A stretch of 64,000 nt of DNA from Camelus dromedarius. Lineage: Eukaryota. The stretch lies in contig NC_087437.1 of NCBI RefSeq assembly GCF_036321535.1, forward strand, positions 92,444,001-92,508,000. Direction: 5' to 3'. Below are positions 35,846-46,894 of this stretch, piece after piece. Both the position numbers and the translations under genes were made by a program. The notes under the pieces were generated by a model that did not search any database, was not told the origin of the DNA, and was given only the letters and a program-made list of their open reading frames with translations. Numbering within the stretch: position 1 is the stretch's first letter; each line of letters begins with the position of its first letter.

Positions 35846-37215
35846 CAGTCTCTTTAGCAAGTAGTGTTGGGAAAACTGGCCAGCAACATGGAATCAATGA
35901 AGTTAGAACACTCCCTCACTCCATAAACAAAAATAAACCAAAGTGGCTTAAAGACCTAAATATAAGACAAGATACTATAAAGCTCCTAGAAGAAAACATA
36001 GGCAAAACATACTCTGACATAAATCTTAGCAATGTTCTCCTTGGGCAGCCTACCCAGGCATAGAAATTAAAGCATAAATTAATGAATGGGACCTAATTAA
36101 ACTTTATAAGCTTTTGCAGAGCAAAGGAAACCATAAGCACAACAAAATGGCAACCTACAGAATGGGATAAAATATTTGCAAATGACATGCCTGACAAAGG
36201 CTTAATTTCTAGAATATACAAATAGCTCACACAATTTAATAACAAAAAAAACAAATAACCCTATCCAAAAATGGGCAGAAGACCTAAACAAGCAATTCTC
36301 CAATAAAGACATACAAATGGCCAATTAGCACATGAAAAAATGCTCAATATCACTAATTAGCAGAGAAATGCAAATCAAAACTACAGTGAAGTATCACTTT
36401 ACACCGGTCAGAACGGCCATCGTTCAAAAGTCCATGAACAGTAAATGCTGGAGAGGGACTGGAGAAAAGGGAACCCTTCTACACTGCTGGTACAAATGCA
36501 GTCTGGTACAGCCCTTATGGAAAACAGTATGGAGATTCCTCAAAAAACTAAAAATAGGCTTACCATATGATCCAGCAATCCCACTTCTGGTCATATATCC
36601 AGAGGAAACTTTAATTTGAAAAGATATATGCACTCCAATATTCACAGCAGCACTATTTACAATAGCTAAGACATGGAAACAACCTAAATGTCCATCGACA
36701 AATGACTGGATAAAGAAGTTGTGGTATATTTATACAATGGAATACTACTCAGCCAGAAAAAAGAATAAAATCATGCAATTTGCAGCAACATGGATGGACC
36801 TAGAGATCATCATTCTAAGTTAAGTAAGCCAGAAAAAGAAAGAAAAATACCATATGATATCACTCATATGTGGAATCTGAAAAACAGAAGAAAAAAGGAC
36901 ACTAATGAACTCATTTACAAAACAAAAACAGACTCACAGACATAGTAAACAATCTATGGTTACTGGGGGAAAGAGGGTGGGAAGGGATAAATTTGGGAGC
37001 TTGAGATTTGCAAATGCTAGATACTACATATAAAAATAGATAAAAATAAAAACAAATTTCTTTATAACAAAGGGAACTGTATTCAATATCTTGTAATAAA
37101 CTTTAATGAAAAAGAATATAAAAATGAACATATGTATGTATATACATGACTGGGACATTATGCTGTACCCCAGAAGTTGACACATTGTAACTGACTGTAC
37201 TTCAATAAAAAAAAA
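35846..37215 (+). mobile_element. Young 5'-truncated L1 (ORF2 C-terminus, 3' UTR, polyA)
   Basis: ORF 36332-36619 [18 protein letters not shown]...[10 protein letters not shown] is the L1 ORF2 C-terminus; aataaa plus polyA; TSD aatgacttt at 35837-35845 and 37216-37224. Confidence 0.95.
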
Positions 37216-37748
37216 AATGACTTTTATAGTTTTCCAGCTTGAACAACTAAATACATAATGGTTTAAATGAATGATATGGAAATAGAAAGAGAGGCACATA
37301 GAATCCTGTATTTCAACCTGTGACCACGTTTATGTCTGTCCAACACAATGTACTCTAAGCCACCCCTGGACAGGAACCTTTCTTATCCATTTCTGCATCC
37401 CTATCTCCTAGCACAATGACTAGCATAGGTAATGCACCCAGTTAGTACTTGCTGAAGGATGTCTTTTTGTACTGGGCAACTAGAAATAATGACTCATGAT
37501 TACAGGCAGACAGATTTCAGTTCTATGTAAATATTGCCAGATATTAGAACTCCACAAATGAAAGAGTCTGATTTCAGAATAGCATGCTCTCTGATAACTA
37601 GAAATATTTAAGCAGAGTTTTGTTGAAAATAAGACAGGTGTCTAATTTTGAAATAGAATTGGAAATTAACTCAGGCAGAAAATATTAATTCTGCTAGCAC
37701 TTCTACTTAATCCCTCTTTGAGTTCAGAACACTTTTCATTGTCCATAC

Positions 37749-38587
37749 CTCTGAACAGTGACTTTTTATTTCCTGTTAATTGAGTTAGTGAACTTATGCT
37801 CTAAGAATGTCTTCACTGGGAAGAAAATTAATAACTGCTTTCTCTCTTCAAATACATATAATCTAGGGCTTATACTTTCCAGTATTCAGCCAGGATACCA
37901 AGATGCCTGGCCCAACCGCTCTTGACTAAAGAGAAAGCATGAAGCTTTTACTCGCTCCTCCTAATGAGATTCTCTTTCCATGCCTTATCAAGTAATAAGA
38001 ATGTAGGGAGTTGCAGTATTTTGTTTAAAAGAAGGTTGGTAAGACTGTAGGATTGGACTTGGCTAAATTGGTAGAATCTATGAGTTCAGGAAATGTTTGT
38101 GAAAGCCTCTGTTGGACACTGGATCTAAGACTCTACTAAAGCTCATGGCATAGAGAAAGTAAAGGGCCTAAAAAAATCTGATTCTCCCAGAAAAAGTATT
38201 TCTTTCTCATATATTCTTATTTATAAAAGTTAAAGAGCACAGCTAGGAAAATAGATGGATCTCGGTAGTCAAAATGATTCTGGTTAAATGTCAGTTAAAA
38301 TGTTCTGTTGGCTGCAGGAGAGGGAAAAGTAGAGTGAATGGAGATCCCAGATCATCATCAGCTTTTTCACCTAAAGCAGTCAGCCTTTATAGGTTTTATT
38401 ACATTTCCCAGTCAGTTTATTTTGAAGAAAAGACCTACACCTAGAAACAGTCTCAATACCAGTGGACAATTTTATATCTTTTATATCTTGAATGTTCCAT
38501 GGACATGTCTCACTATTCAACTTACTCAGGCAGGATAGCCCTTCTAGATTAACAGTAAATTTATGCTTTTATTTGGATATAAGGAAC
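37749..38587 (-). pseudogene. Fossil exon
   Basis: Acceptor gttattttctag, donor GAG|gtatgg. FLISK*KHKFTVNLEGLSCLSKLNSETCPWNIQDIK.../FNQNHFDYRDPSIFLAVLFNFYK*EYEKEILFLGESDFF...LTNLLLNKILQLPTFLLLDKAWKENLIRRSE*KLHAFSLVKSGWARHLGILAEYWKV*ALDYMYL. Confidence 0.75.
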
Positions 38588-38965
38588 CTAGAAAATAACA
38601 TGTAGAAGATAAACTAGAAGTGCATGCTCTTTTGCTGTTATCAAATCTAATCAGGAATTTTCACAACTCTGCATAAAATTTCAATAATTAAAAAGTCTGG
38701 CATACTAAGCTGAAATTCCTGTACATCAAGAGTGAAATAAATACTTATTAAAATTATGTGTTTGCAGCTGTGTTACTTCGGTTTTGTGAATTAGTATAGT
38801 TGATTATTTTAGATCATCTAAACTTTAAATTTTTTTATCATGATAGAAAATTTCTCCAGATGTTCTTTTATGTAATAGGATTTTGTCTGGTTTTTATCTA
38901 TATTTCAGTCCTATAATATGGAGCATTAACAGACACAAGGAAAATAATGAAAAGCTAGCCATTAC

Positions 38966-39397
38966 CATCTCTTCATATGCAGTCAGCTACATATTGCAGC
39001 ATGTTTATGGGTAAGCTTTTTATAATCACTTTTAGAGTAAATGAAAAAAGGGTTCTCTCTTTCTTTCCTTTGTTATTAGCTACTTATGATACTTGTAAAT
39101 TCTCTCCTAATGTCATTTTGTTTCTGTGGTCTTCGCCCTACCTTCACCTTTCCTCCTACTCTCTGTGCTACATCTCATTACATCCTCCCATGGAACTGGC
39201 AATACTCTATAGTGTTGTTTCATAAGGCTTTTTTTTCACCCCTTGAAGTATATGCCCCATTGCCATACACAGTTCCCTCTCCAGAAGACTTCAACCACCA
39301 GTTATTATAAAAATAACACTTAGAAAATATTAGGAAGCTCTGAAAAAGACTCTCTTGAAATTACAGTCATCAGAATACCTGGATCAAACACTAGCAG
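38966..39397 (-). pseudogene. Fossil exon
   Basis: ...LLERELCMAMGHILQG*KKSLMKQHYRVLPVPWEDVMRC.../RENPFFIYSKSDYKKLTHKHAAICS*LHMKR, TG|gtaatg (phase 2 matches next exon). Confidence 0.62.
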
Positions 39398-39689
39398 CTT
39401 GAAAATTAGAACAATGATAATCAAAACAGCACTAAACACTAAATGTAGCATGCATTAACTAATTTAATTAAATACCCCTTTTATATCATGTACAACTTTA
39501 GATGGATATAACAGTGATTGCTCCCCACTTACTCAGCCTTCATAATCTAATGAGACAAGACAGGAAAAGAAGGAAAATTATATGATTTCAGCTAAAGATA
39601 AATGCTGTGAGGAAAATAAAGCAGGGTCTTGGTAAGGAGGATTACAAAGAATCTAATTGTGTTTGGTAGAATGGTTAAGAAAGGCTTAT

Positions 39690-39812
39690 CATCTGGCAGT
39701 ACATTGGGTTCTTAAATAGCCTTTATCTGACTCCTTTGGGTCTACCTCTACCAGAAGTAGATCAAGAGTGTTTCATAATCAGGTAAGTAACTAATAAGGT
39801 CACTATAAAAAG
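39690..39812 (-). pseudogene. Fossil exon/fragment
   Basis: Strong acceptor cttccctttccaactcacag, phase 1: FYSDLISYLPDYET/LDLLLVEVDPKESDKGYLRTQC; 3' side abuts an L2 piece. Confidence 0.6.
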
Positions 39813-39950
39813 CTGTGAGTTGGAAAGGGAAGATATAGCCTATATACATATCCACATAGATATATACACAGATATAATCCCTGGCAATCATTTTTGAAAA
39901 GCTGGGTAGAACTGACACATAGGCTAATCCTGGCTATAGGATGTGCTTAC

Positions 39951-40002
39951 CTTTTTATATTACACAAATATTTTCCCAACACTTTAACCTTCCAGATCCA
40001 TA
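39951..40002 (-). pseudogene. Fossil 52-nt exon with consensus splice sites
   Basis: ctctttccatcacttccttacag|TATGGA...AAAAAG|gtaagc; phase 0>1: YGSGRLKCWENICVI*K. Confidence 0.7.
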
Positions 40003-40125
40003 CTGTAAGGAAGTGATGGAAAGAGAATTTCATCAGGAGAGGTAGCTTGCTGATTTATGCTTGGTTCTTTAGTTCTAAAAGGGCCAGACTCCAAGGTGCC
40101 CAGGCCAAACACAGGAAAACATACA

Positions 40126-40490
40126 TGCTACAGTTTATGGATCTGATAAGAAAAAGTGGTCATTTAAAACTTTTCTCCAGTATTTGAAGGCATTCTTTTA
40201 GAATAATTTTGCTAACCCAAAATCAAGAAATAATCTCAGGGGCTGGTGACATACCCTTTATTATAATTTAAAGAGGACTACCAAGATTCAATCCAATTTT
40301 TTTTTCCAAATGGAAACATGTCTACAAATGAAACTCATTTTAGCATCGTTTTGCCATTGTTTGCCTAAATATATCTATTCTTGATTCATTTGATAGCATT
40401 TTGCCATTTATTTTTAATTTGCAACTTGGTTGCTAGTTTTTCAAATTCTTATTAAATTCTATTGACCTTTGTTTTTGTACACTTGAAGTT
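40126..40490 (-). pseudogene. Fossil exon (3' end 40255 or ~40126)
   Basis: Acceptor ttgacatttag. EFEKLATKLQIKNKWQNAIK*IKNRYI*ANNGKTMLK*VSFVDMFPFG/...FWVSKIILKECLQILEKSFK; two candidate gtatgt donors. Confidence 0.58.
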
Positions 40491-40594
40491 CTAAATGTCA
40501 ATAAAGTTTAAGTAGATAATAATTCGAAACAAGTCTACAGGTTAAGTAATTAGGAAAAAGGAAGCATTTGCTAATGAGAATTTTGGTAATTTAC

Positions 40595-41073
40595 GTTGCT
40601 TTATACATTTAGAAATTTCTAGCCTTTCTCTCTTTTAAAAAAACAGTTACTACCTATTTTGTCTTTCAAGATGGTAGTGTTTGGCTTTTTTAGTAAATTT
40701 TTCTCATACACTTTATACGTGATATCATCTACCACATTGCTGCCAAAAATAGCAAGACAAACTTCACAAGTACATGTTTAAAATCCTCATGAAAGTCAAC
40801 TCTGTTAAGAATGATTCATTCAACATGGCAAGAAACAAACTTCATCAAATTGGTAATGTGGATTTATTCTTATACTAGCAAGTTAGAAATAATGACCATT
40901 ACACCGAATCCAGACTCAGATCTTAATAGTACTAATCTATCTCAGTGTTTCTCTGAAACTATTTTCTGGCTCTAACAAAGCTTACCCGACTAGAAGAACT
41001 GGATTAGAGAAAGGAGTATTAGCCATGGATTCCAATATCCCAGTTATTGTGCCTATTTATTCCTCAAGTAAAA
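40595..41073 (-). pseudogene. Fossil exon(s)
   Basis: ...IILNRVDFHEDFKHVLVKFVLL/NVVDDITYKVYEKNLLKKPNTTILKDKIG/ERLEISKCIKQ C|gtaaat; may be two exons (internal CGG|gtaagc donor ~40986). Confidence 0.5.
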
Positions 41074-41104
41074 CTATAAAGTCAGTGTTTGTAGGATGCA
41101 CAAA

Positions 41105-41295
41105 GAAAAGACAATGTGAGGACACAGTGAGAAGGTGGCTATCTGTGATCCAAGGAGAGAGACCACAGAAGATACCAACTCTCCCAACACTTTGACCTTA
41201 TACTTGTAGTCTACAGACCTGTGAGAATAGGTTTCTGCTGTTTAAACCATCCACTATATGGTATTGTGTTATGGCAGCCCTAGCAAACTAGTACA
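41105..41295 (+). mobile_element. MaLR LTR 3' fragment
   Basis: atgtgaggacacagtgagaaggtggctatctg...gttatggcagccctagcaaactagtaca. Confidence 0.8.
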
Positions 41296-41366
41296 AAGTA
41301 AAATCACAAAATAGTGTTCATAAAGTTCTTCTCAAGCCAAAATGGCACTCACTAAAAAGCACTCAC

Positions 41367-41551
41367 TGGCTGGATGATTCTTTCAGCCAAAGCTATACAT
41401 GCTTTGAAATAGTATTGCATTGTTCTTTTATTTACATTATGATCATTTTTAATGCTCCCCAGTGACTATCATACTGTCTTGCACAGACCTCAGTAGTTGT
41501 ATTATTTTTAATTGATTGATCTTATCCTATACCACCACTAATTCTTGTTAC
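41367..41551 (-). pseudogene. Possible fossil exon
   Basis: Acceptor ctcatttcccag, donor CCA|gtgagt; QELVVV*DKINQLKIIQLLRSVQDSMI.../MQYYFKACIALAERIIQP; frame ambiguous. Confidence 0.5.
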
Positions 41552-41759
41552 CTGGGAAATGAGTTCCTTAAAACAAACAAACAAACAAAATCTTGTGTAT
41601 CAATTAAGTACAAATTCCCTCATTCCTATGGCAAATGTAGCTCAGGAACAGGTAAATGAATATAAAGATATATAAGAAAGACTTTGTTACTGATAATGTC
41701 TAAAGCAAAGAGTCAAACATAGAGGAAAAGAATATGCATGTGCCAGATCATTTATTAAA

Positions 41760-42441
41760 AACTTGTTTTAGGATTAAGACATTTGGGATATTTGATATCC
41801 TGAGTTATGGCATCCATTAACTCCTAATATTTTTGGAGTTATTGTCAGAGATATTCCAGTGCTATATAAGTTCTCTTTATTTTCCCTGCAGAGTATTTAT
41901 GAGAGCTATTATACATGCAAGTCCTATAGCTAATCATCTTCCCAGAATCCCTCATTGGAGTACAGCCTAGTTTGCTTTCAGAACAGATCTGGTCAAAGCC
42001 ACAGTATCTGTAGAGTGTTATTTATCACTAGACAAAATACAGATTTTCATAGTAATTTACAATGGGATATACCCATCCTTTTCCTTCATGGTTGGATTTT
42101 CATTCATAGTTTATGAGTTGTGGCTTTAAGATGCAAATAAGCTTTTTAGCTCAATTCATTGACATTCCAAAAGACTTTGTAACAATTTGAAAACATTTCA
42201 GCTGTTTCTTAATAGACTTTTCCTTTAAAAGCTTTCAGAAACATTTGACTCTATGCAATATGACTCTAACAATTTGCCATAAATCAACATGTTAGAATCA
42301 ACCAATACAAATCAATGTTGGACAAGTGGCCCACAGAATAGTTGCAGAAGTTCAGTATTAATATGGCTTTGAAACAGAATGTTTTACATAGACAAGATTC
42401 AATAAATTTGGTTATCTTTTGTAAGTGATTATTAATTTTCC
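41760..42441 (-). pseudogene. Fossil exon (3' end approximate)
   Basis: Acceptor ttttatctccag. KINNHLQKITKFIESCL/FQSHINTELLQLFCGPLVQH*FVLVDSNMLIYGKLLESYCIES.../RLYSNEGFWEDD/YIALEYL*Q*LQKY*ELMDAITQDIKYPKC. Confidence 0.6.
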
Positions 42442-42529
42442 CTGGAGATAAAATTTATATAAAATTATTATTGTTACTGTTATTATTATAATTACTAAAT
42501 CATTGTTTGTTTTGAAATAAAGTCTTTCT

Positions 42530-42790
42530 ACTCAAAGGTTTATTATTTTTTTTTTCATGGACCATAAGTATCAACATCACCTGAGAGCTAGTTAGAAACA
42601 CAGAATGTCAGGTACCACCTCAGATTAGTTGAATGTGAATCTTTATTTTTAAAAAATTTATTTTTCATTTTTATAATGGAGGCATTGGGGACTGAACACA
42701 GGACCTCATGCATGCTAAGCATGTACCCTATCACTTACACCCTCCCCCCAAGAATCTTTGCTTTTAACAAGGTTTCCAAGTATTTACGCT
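42530..42790. mobile_element. MER5A-like hAT-Charlie MITE hosting a SINE
   Basis: catcacctgagagctagttagaaacacagaat...gaatct [SINE] ttttaacaag. Confidence 0.7.
42645..42751 (-). mobile_element. tRNA-derived camelid SINE (Vic-1-like)
   Basis: Reverse complement ggggagggtg...catgcttagcatgcatgaggtcctgtgttcagtccccaatgcctcca plus A-rich tail; TSD gaatcttt at 42637-42644 and 42752-42759. Confidence 0.85.
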
Positions 42791-43212
42791 GCACCTTCCT
42801 ATCTAAAAAGCACTCAACAAAAGGATTTAGTCTTGGTGTTAATAAGCAGTTCTGGAATTTCCATTTCAGATTCATAAACAGTCAAATATAGGAAATAAGT
42901 CACAGACTTTTAGAGAAAAAATATTTAAAATTTGATGCTGAAACAAAAAGAAAGGAGATATCCATTTGGATTACATTAATTGTGAGCAGGTAATATTAGA
43001 AACAACTTTGTAATTTAATTTAAATATATAATACTACATGCTATTACTGTAAGGTATAAAACAAAGTTTCTTTGGTTAAAATGAAGGAAAGCAGAAATTT
43101 TGTCTCCTATGTCTCTGTCTGTCTATCTCTCTCTCTCGCACACATAATACACATGTGAAACTTTCGGATAAATACATGAAAACTGTGTGATGGTCCTCTG
43201 CTCCCCACTTAC

Positions 43213-43533
43213 ACCATTTCACATCTATCCCTCTGTGACATTAAAGCTTGATCTCTTTAAAAATTATTATAAAGCTGAAAGCGTTATGTAGCCTCTGTAG
43301 CTATATTAATCATACTACTTTTTCTTTTCTCCTTTCAGAACTGACATATTATAAGTTAATATAGAACATTTTTCAGCTTTGCAAGCATGAGAAAGGAGGT
43401 TAAAATGGGTTAGATTTACTATTTATACTAAGAATGAATGAACTTTTCTTTGTCTGCCATATTCCTGAAAAGTCAAATGCCTAGTCATAAGAATGGTTGC
43501 TTTTTGCTTTGGGGCTCTTTTTGTAATGAAAAG
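43213..43533 (-). pseudogene. Fossil exon
   Basis: Consensus donor gtaagt at 43212; coding-like frames (...MINIATEAT*RFQLYNNF*RDQALMSQRDRCEM); acceptor decayed. Confidence 0.5.
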
Positions 43534-43579
43534 TTAAAAAAAAAAATAGGAAATTTTCAGTCTTAGAAAGTTTCTTTCT

Positions 43580-43770
43580 GCACACACACACACATATACT
43601 CTTTCTATATATAATATATACACCTAAATATATTTATATATACATACTAAATATATAGTATATGTAGTATAGATATTAGTATGTATATATCTCTCTATAT
43701 ATTATATAGATATAAACATTACCCACATGTATATAATATCTATATATTTATATACATACATCTCAATATA
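43580..43770. repeat. (CA)/(TA)-rich low-complexity tract
   Basis: Degenerate TA/CA dinucleotides. Confidence 0.85.
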
Positions 43771-43849
43771 GAGTGATTCTTTTACAAAATATTGAAGTAT
43801 AAAATGCAGAAAAATATCTATTATATTAAATTATATTGTTGTTTGGTTA

Positions 43850-44499
43850 TCAAGTTTGACAAGAGACAAATGTGTACATGGCATATTTAGGAAGCTCCAA
43901 TGTGTCCTAGAAAGCAGTGTATTCTGCTTTGAAGTACTTAGCAAGGGAAGCAAAGAAAGTGCATCTCAGAGGCAGCCTCTGTGGCTTCATGTAGGGATTA
44001 TACACCATCCCTCCGAAGCAAGGCTAAAAAGTCTTATAAACGCTATTTTGCAATTTCTTCTTAATATTACAGTGAAAAAAAAAGTGACTTTCAAAGTCCC
44101 AGATTCAATTAAAAATAAAACAGAGCTGTTCCCTAGAGCTAAGAAAGGTCCATTATTGAGCTTGTACATCAACAAAGGAAAAACCTGCCCAAAAATTAAA
44201 ATTAAGAAATGGGAACCCAACAAGAAAGAAAAGTTTAAAATTTCTACTACAAATAGGCTACTTGAAGAAACTAGTCTTCTCCTATAGTGATTTGAGTTAC
44301 CTACCATTTCTAGAAGGAATGCAGAAAGGATATTGGATAACAATTTATATGGCTTTTCTTTCTAATTCTAATTCTTTCTCTTGTTTTAACTTCTTGCAGT
44401 AATTTTTGTGTTAAATAGTGCCTACAAGTAAACTTTTCACAGCGGCAAAATCCTTGGACTTATCTTGGTCCTTATTCACATGATTTTCTAAGTTAGCTC
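43850..44499 (-). pseudogene. Fossil exon, 3' part (5' side cut by LTR and L2)
   Basis: ANLENHVNKDQDKSKDFAAVKSLL/.../FWAGFSFVDVQAQ*WTFLSSREQLCFIFN*IWDFESHF...PCFGGMVYNPYMKPQRLPLRCTFFASLAKYFKAEYTAF*DTLELPKYAMY. Confidence 0.62.
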
Positions 44500-45009
44500 T
44501 GTAAATGAAAAATATTGCCAGCCATATCAGTAAACAAAGGATGCTAAGGCCATCAAGAGATCAGCCACTACTGCCACCCACTATGGACAACAGTGAGTAA
44601 AGGAACTCAGGATGGAGAAAAACAGGCAGCCTGGCCTCTGCAGCCACCCTCAGCAGTGCTTCCTGAGGGAACTCAGGGTGGGAAGCAACAGATCCTGGCC
44701 CTAGATAGCTATGTGCACATCTATGGAATGATTTCAATAAGCCTAGATCTTTGCAACTTCCCATATAAAGTAAAGGGCTAAATTCCTGAACTTGAGATAT
44801 CTGGTTTTCTTTAATTAACAGCAACCTTTTGATGTTCTGACTACCTGGTCTTTGTTGCAAAAACTCCTATATACCATGGCTCTTCTCTTGTCTCTTCAGA
44901 GCACTCTTAGAGCAATCTGAGAGGCTGCCTCCTGGGCTCGAGTCCTTAGAAAGTCTACTGAAAAGAGCACAACTCTCTACTTTTAGGTTATGAATTTTTT
45001 CAGTCAACA
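44500..45009 (+). mobile_element. ERV1-class solo LTR
   Basis: tgtaaatgaaaaa...ttttcagtcaaca termini; TATA-like cctatata; internal repeat gaactcagg(a/g)tgg. Confidence 0.85.
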
Positions 45010-45029
45010 GTTTGAGTTTACATCACCTC

Positions 45030-46527
45030 TTAATTCTGATTACCCCCCAAAATAATTCAGATAAAACCTCTTCTCTCAACTCCATATTTGATTATCAACT
45101 TGAGTACGCAACAGATATCTCCAATTAACTTTTACAAAAACAAACTCTTGCCTGCTATCTGAGCATTCCTCATCTGCCCAGTACACTGACAACTGAGTAG
45201 GCAAACTCCAAATGTTGACACCAGACTTGTCTCCTATTTTTCCCTCATATTTCATATGGCAGAGATGACCAACTTACCACTAATGATTCATTTCTCACTT
45301 TGCATAACAGAGTAATTATAGGAAACTAGCTGCCAAAGGAGCAATTGTAATTCACAGTCCCTGTGCATATAAGTTGGGGCACACTGGCTCACTATCATCA
45401 CTGGAAATTGATGTTTGTTTTCTTGGGCAACAAGATTAAGAAGTGAATATGCCATCTCCATTCTTTCATTCTCCATCAGCCAGCCGGATATCAATATCTG
45501 GGCAACTATGAAAGCTACATGTTGAGGTTAGCAGGATCGCCATCACTCTGCCTCCCTGAATGACTGTGTGGAAAGTACTCTCACCACCACCACATCTACA
45601 ACACCACTCACACACCAGAAACATACTCATTGGACTGTTTGGAAAACAAAATGAAATTTAGTTGTTCTAAGCCACTGTTAAAATGGAGTATTTGTTACAA
45701 TACCTAGTGTTACAATAACCAACACACTTCATATCTAACCCAGTAGCAAATCCTTCAAAATGTATCCCAAATCCAGGCATCTCTCTCCACTTTTAGTGCC
45801 ACAATAGTGGCATGATAGTCCAAGCCACCATCAGTATTCACCTGAATCACTGCAACAGTCTACTAACTGGTCTCCTTGCTGTGACTTTTAGCAACTTTTG
45901 TCTTGTATCAATTCAGTAGCTAAAGTGATTCTTTAAAATAGAAATATGCCTATGTAATATTTCTTCTTGAAATATTTCAATGGATTTCTAGTATGTTTAA
46001 GACAGAATCCCGAAGTCTTATATGATTTCAAGGTCCTGTGTGGTCTAAGCCCAGCTACATCTACAATATCACCCCTTTCGTACCTACTCCCTTCTAGCTA
46101 ATCTTCAAACAGTTCACACAGCACTCATTCCAGATCTTTGCATTCACTAGAGCCCTCTTCCTAGGACACTTTTCCTTCAGATATCTGCATGACTTGTTTC
46201 CTTGCTTCATTCATGTCTTTGCTGGATTCTCACTTCATTAGAAAAGAATTTGCTAATGAAAATGGCACCCGTGTTGTCTTATGCAGCATTGCAGCACATT
46301 ATCACTTTATCCTGTTTTATTTCCCTTAGTAGTACTTTTTACCACCTAATACATATTTTCTTGTGCTTATTTTTTTCTATTTCCTTCAGTAGAACATGAG
46401 AAGTGCACATCCCCTACCTTTAAAAAGAGCTCCTAAAAATACCAAGTGACGTGGCTGCCATGCCATGGAGAATGAGTACTGTGATAAAAGCTACCAATTT
46501 CTGCTTTATTTGTTAAATGAATGAACA
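45030..46527 (+). mobile_element. L2 (nested MLT1 at ~45262-45725)
   Basis: Pyrimidine-rich L2 body (tagtccaagccaccatc, ctaactggtctccttgct) ending tttgttaaatgaatgaa. Confidence 0.75.
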
Positions 46528-46705
46528 TGTCAAAGAAGGAATTAATAAAATGCTAAAAATGTTGTAGATCACATTGGATCAAAATTATTAATATTGAAAT
46601 TAATTGAATACAGTATTTGAAATACTTTTTGTCTTTCTAAGACTTAAAATGTTTGTCGTCAGAGAGTTTCTTTTTTAGCCTTCATTATCTTATGTTTTTA
46701 TCATC
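46528..46705 (-). pseudogene. Fossil exon, 5' part (ends at L2 tail)
   Basis: Acceptor cttatattag, phase 0: DDKNIR**RLKKKLSDDKHFKS*KDKKYFKYCIQLISILIILIQCDLQHF*HFINSFFDM, running directly into the L2 3' microsatellite. Confidence 0.5.
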
Positions 46706-46894
46706 CTAATATAAGTTCACAGATAAAAATATTTAGATTAACTATCAATAATTTGATTCACAGTCTTCTTTAATACCCCAGCTTCTTAAATGAATAAAAT
46801 AGAAGATTAGGAAGTTTTTATAACTTTGAACATGTTGCTAAATTTATACTTATTGTTTTTATATTATTTTTCTACATGATTTCAAAATATAGTA

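Noticed and set aside
42645..42751. tRNA-Ala-like gene
   Set aside because: Degenerate A box, A-rich tail and TSD indicate a SINE, not a functional tRNA.
43856..44287. 143-aa plus-strand ORF
   Set aside because: Antisense shadow of the minus-strand fossil exon; no plus-strand gene structure.
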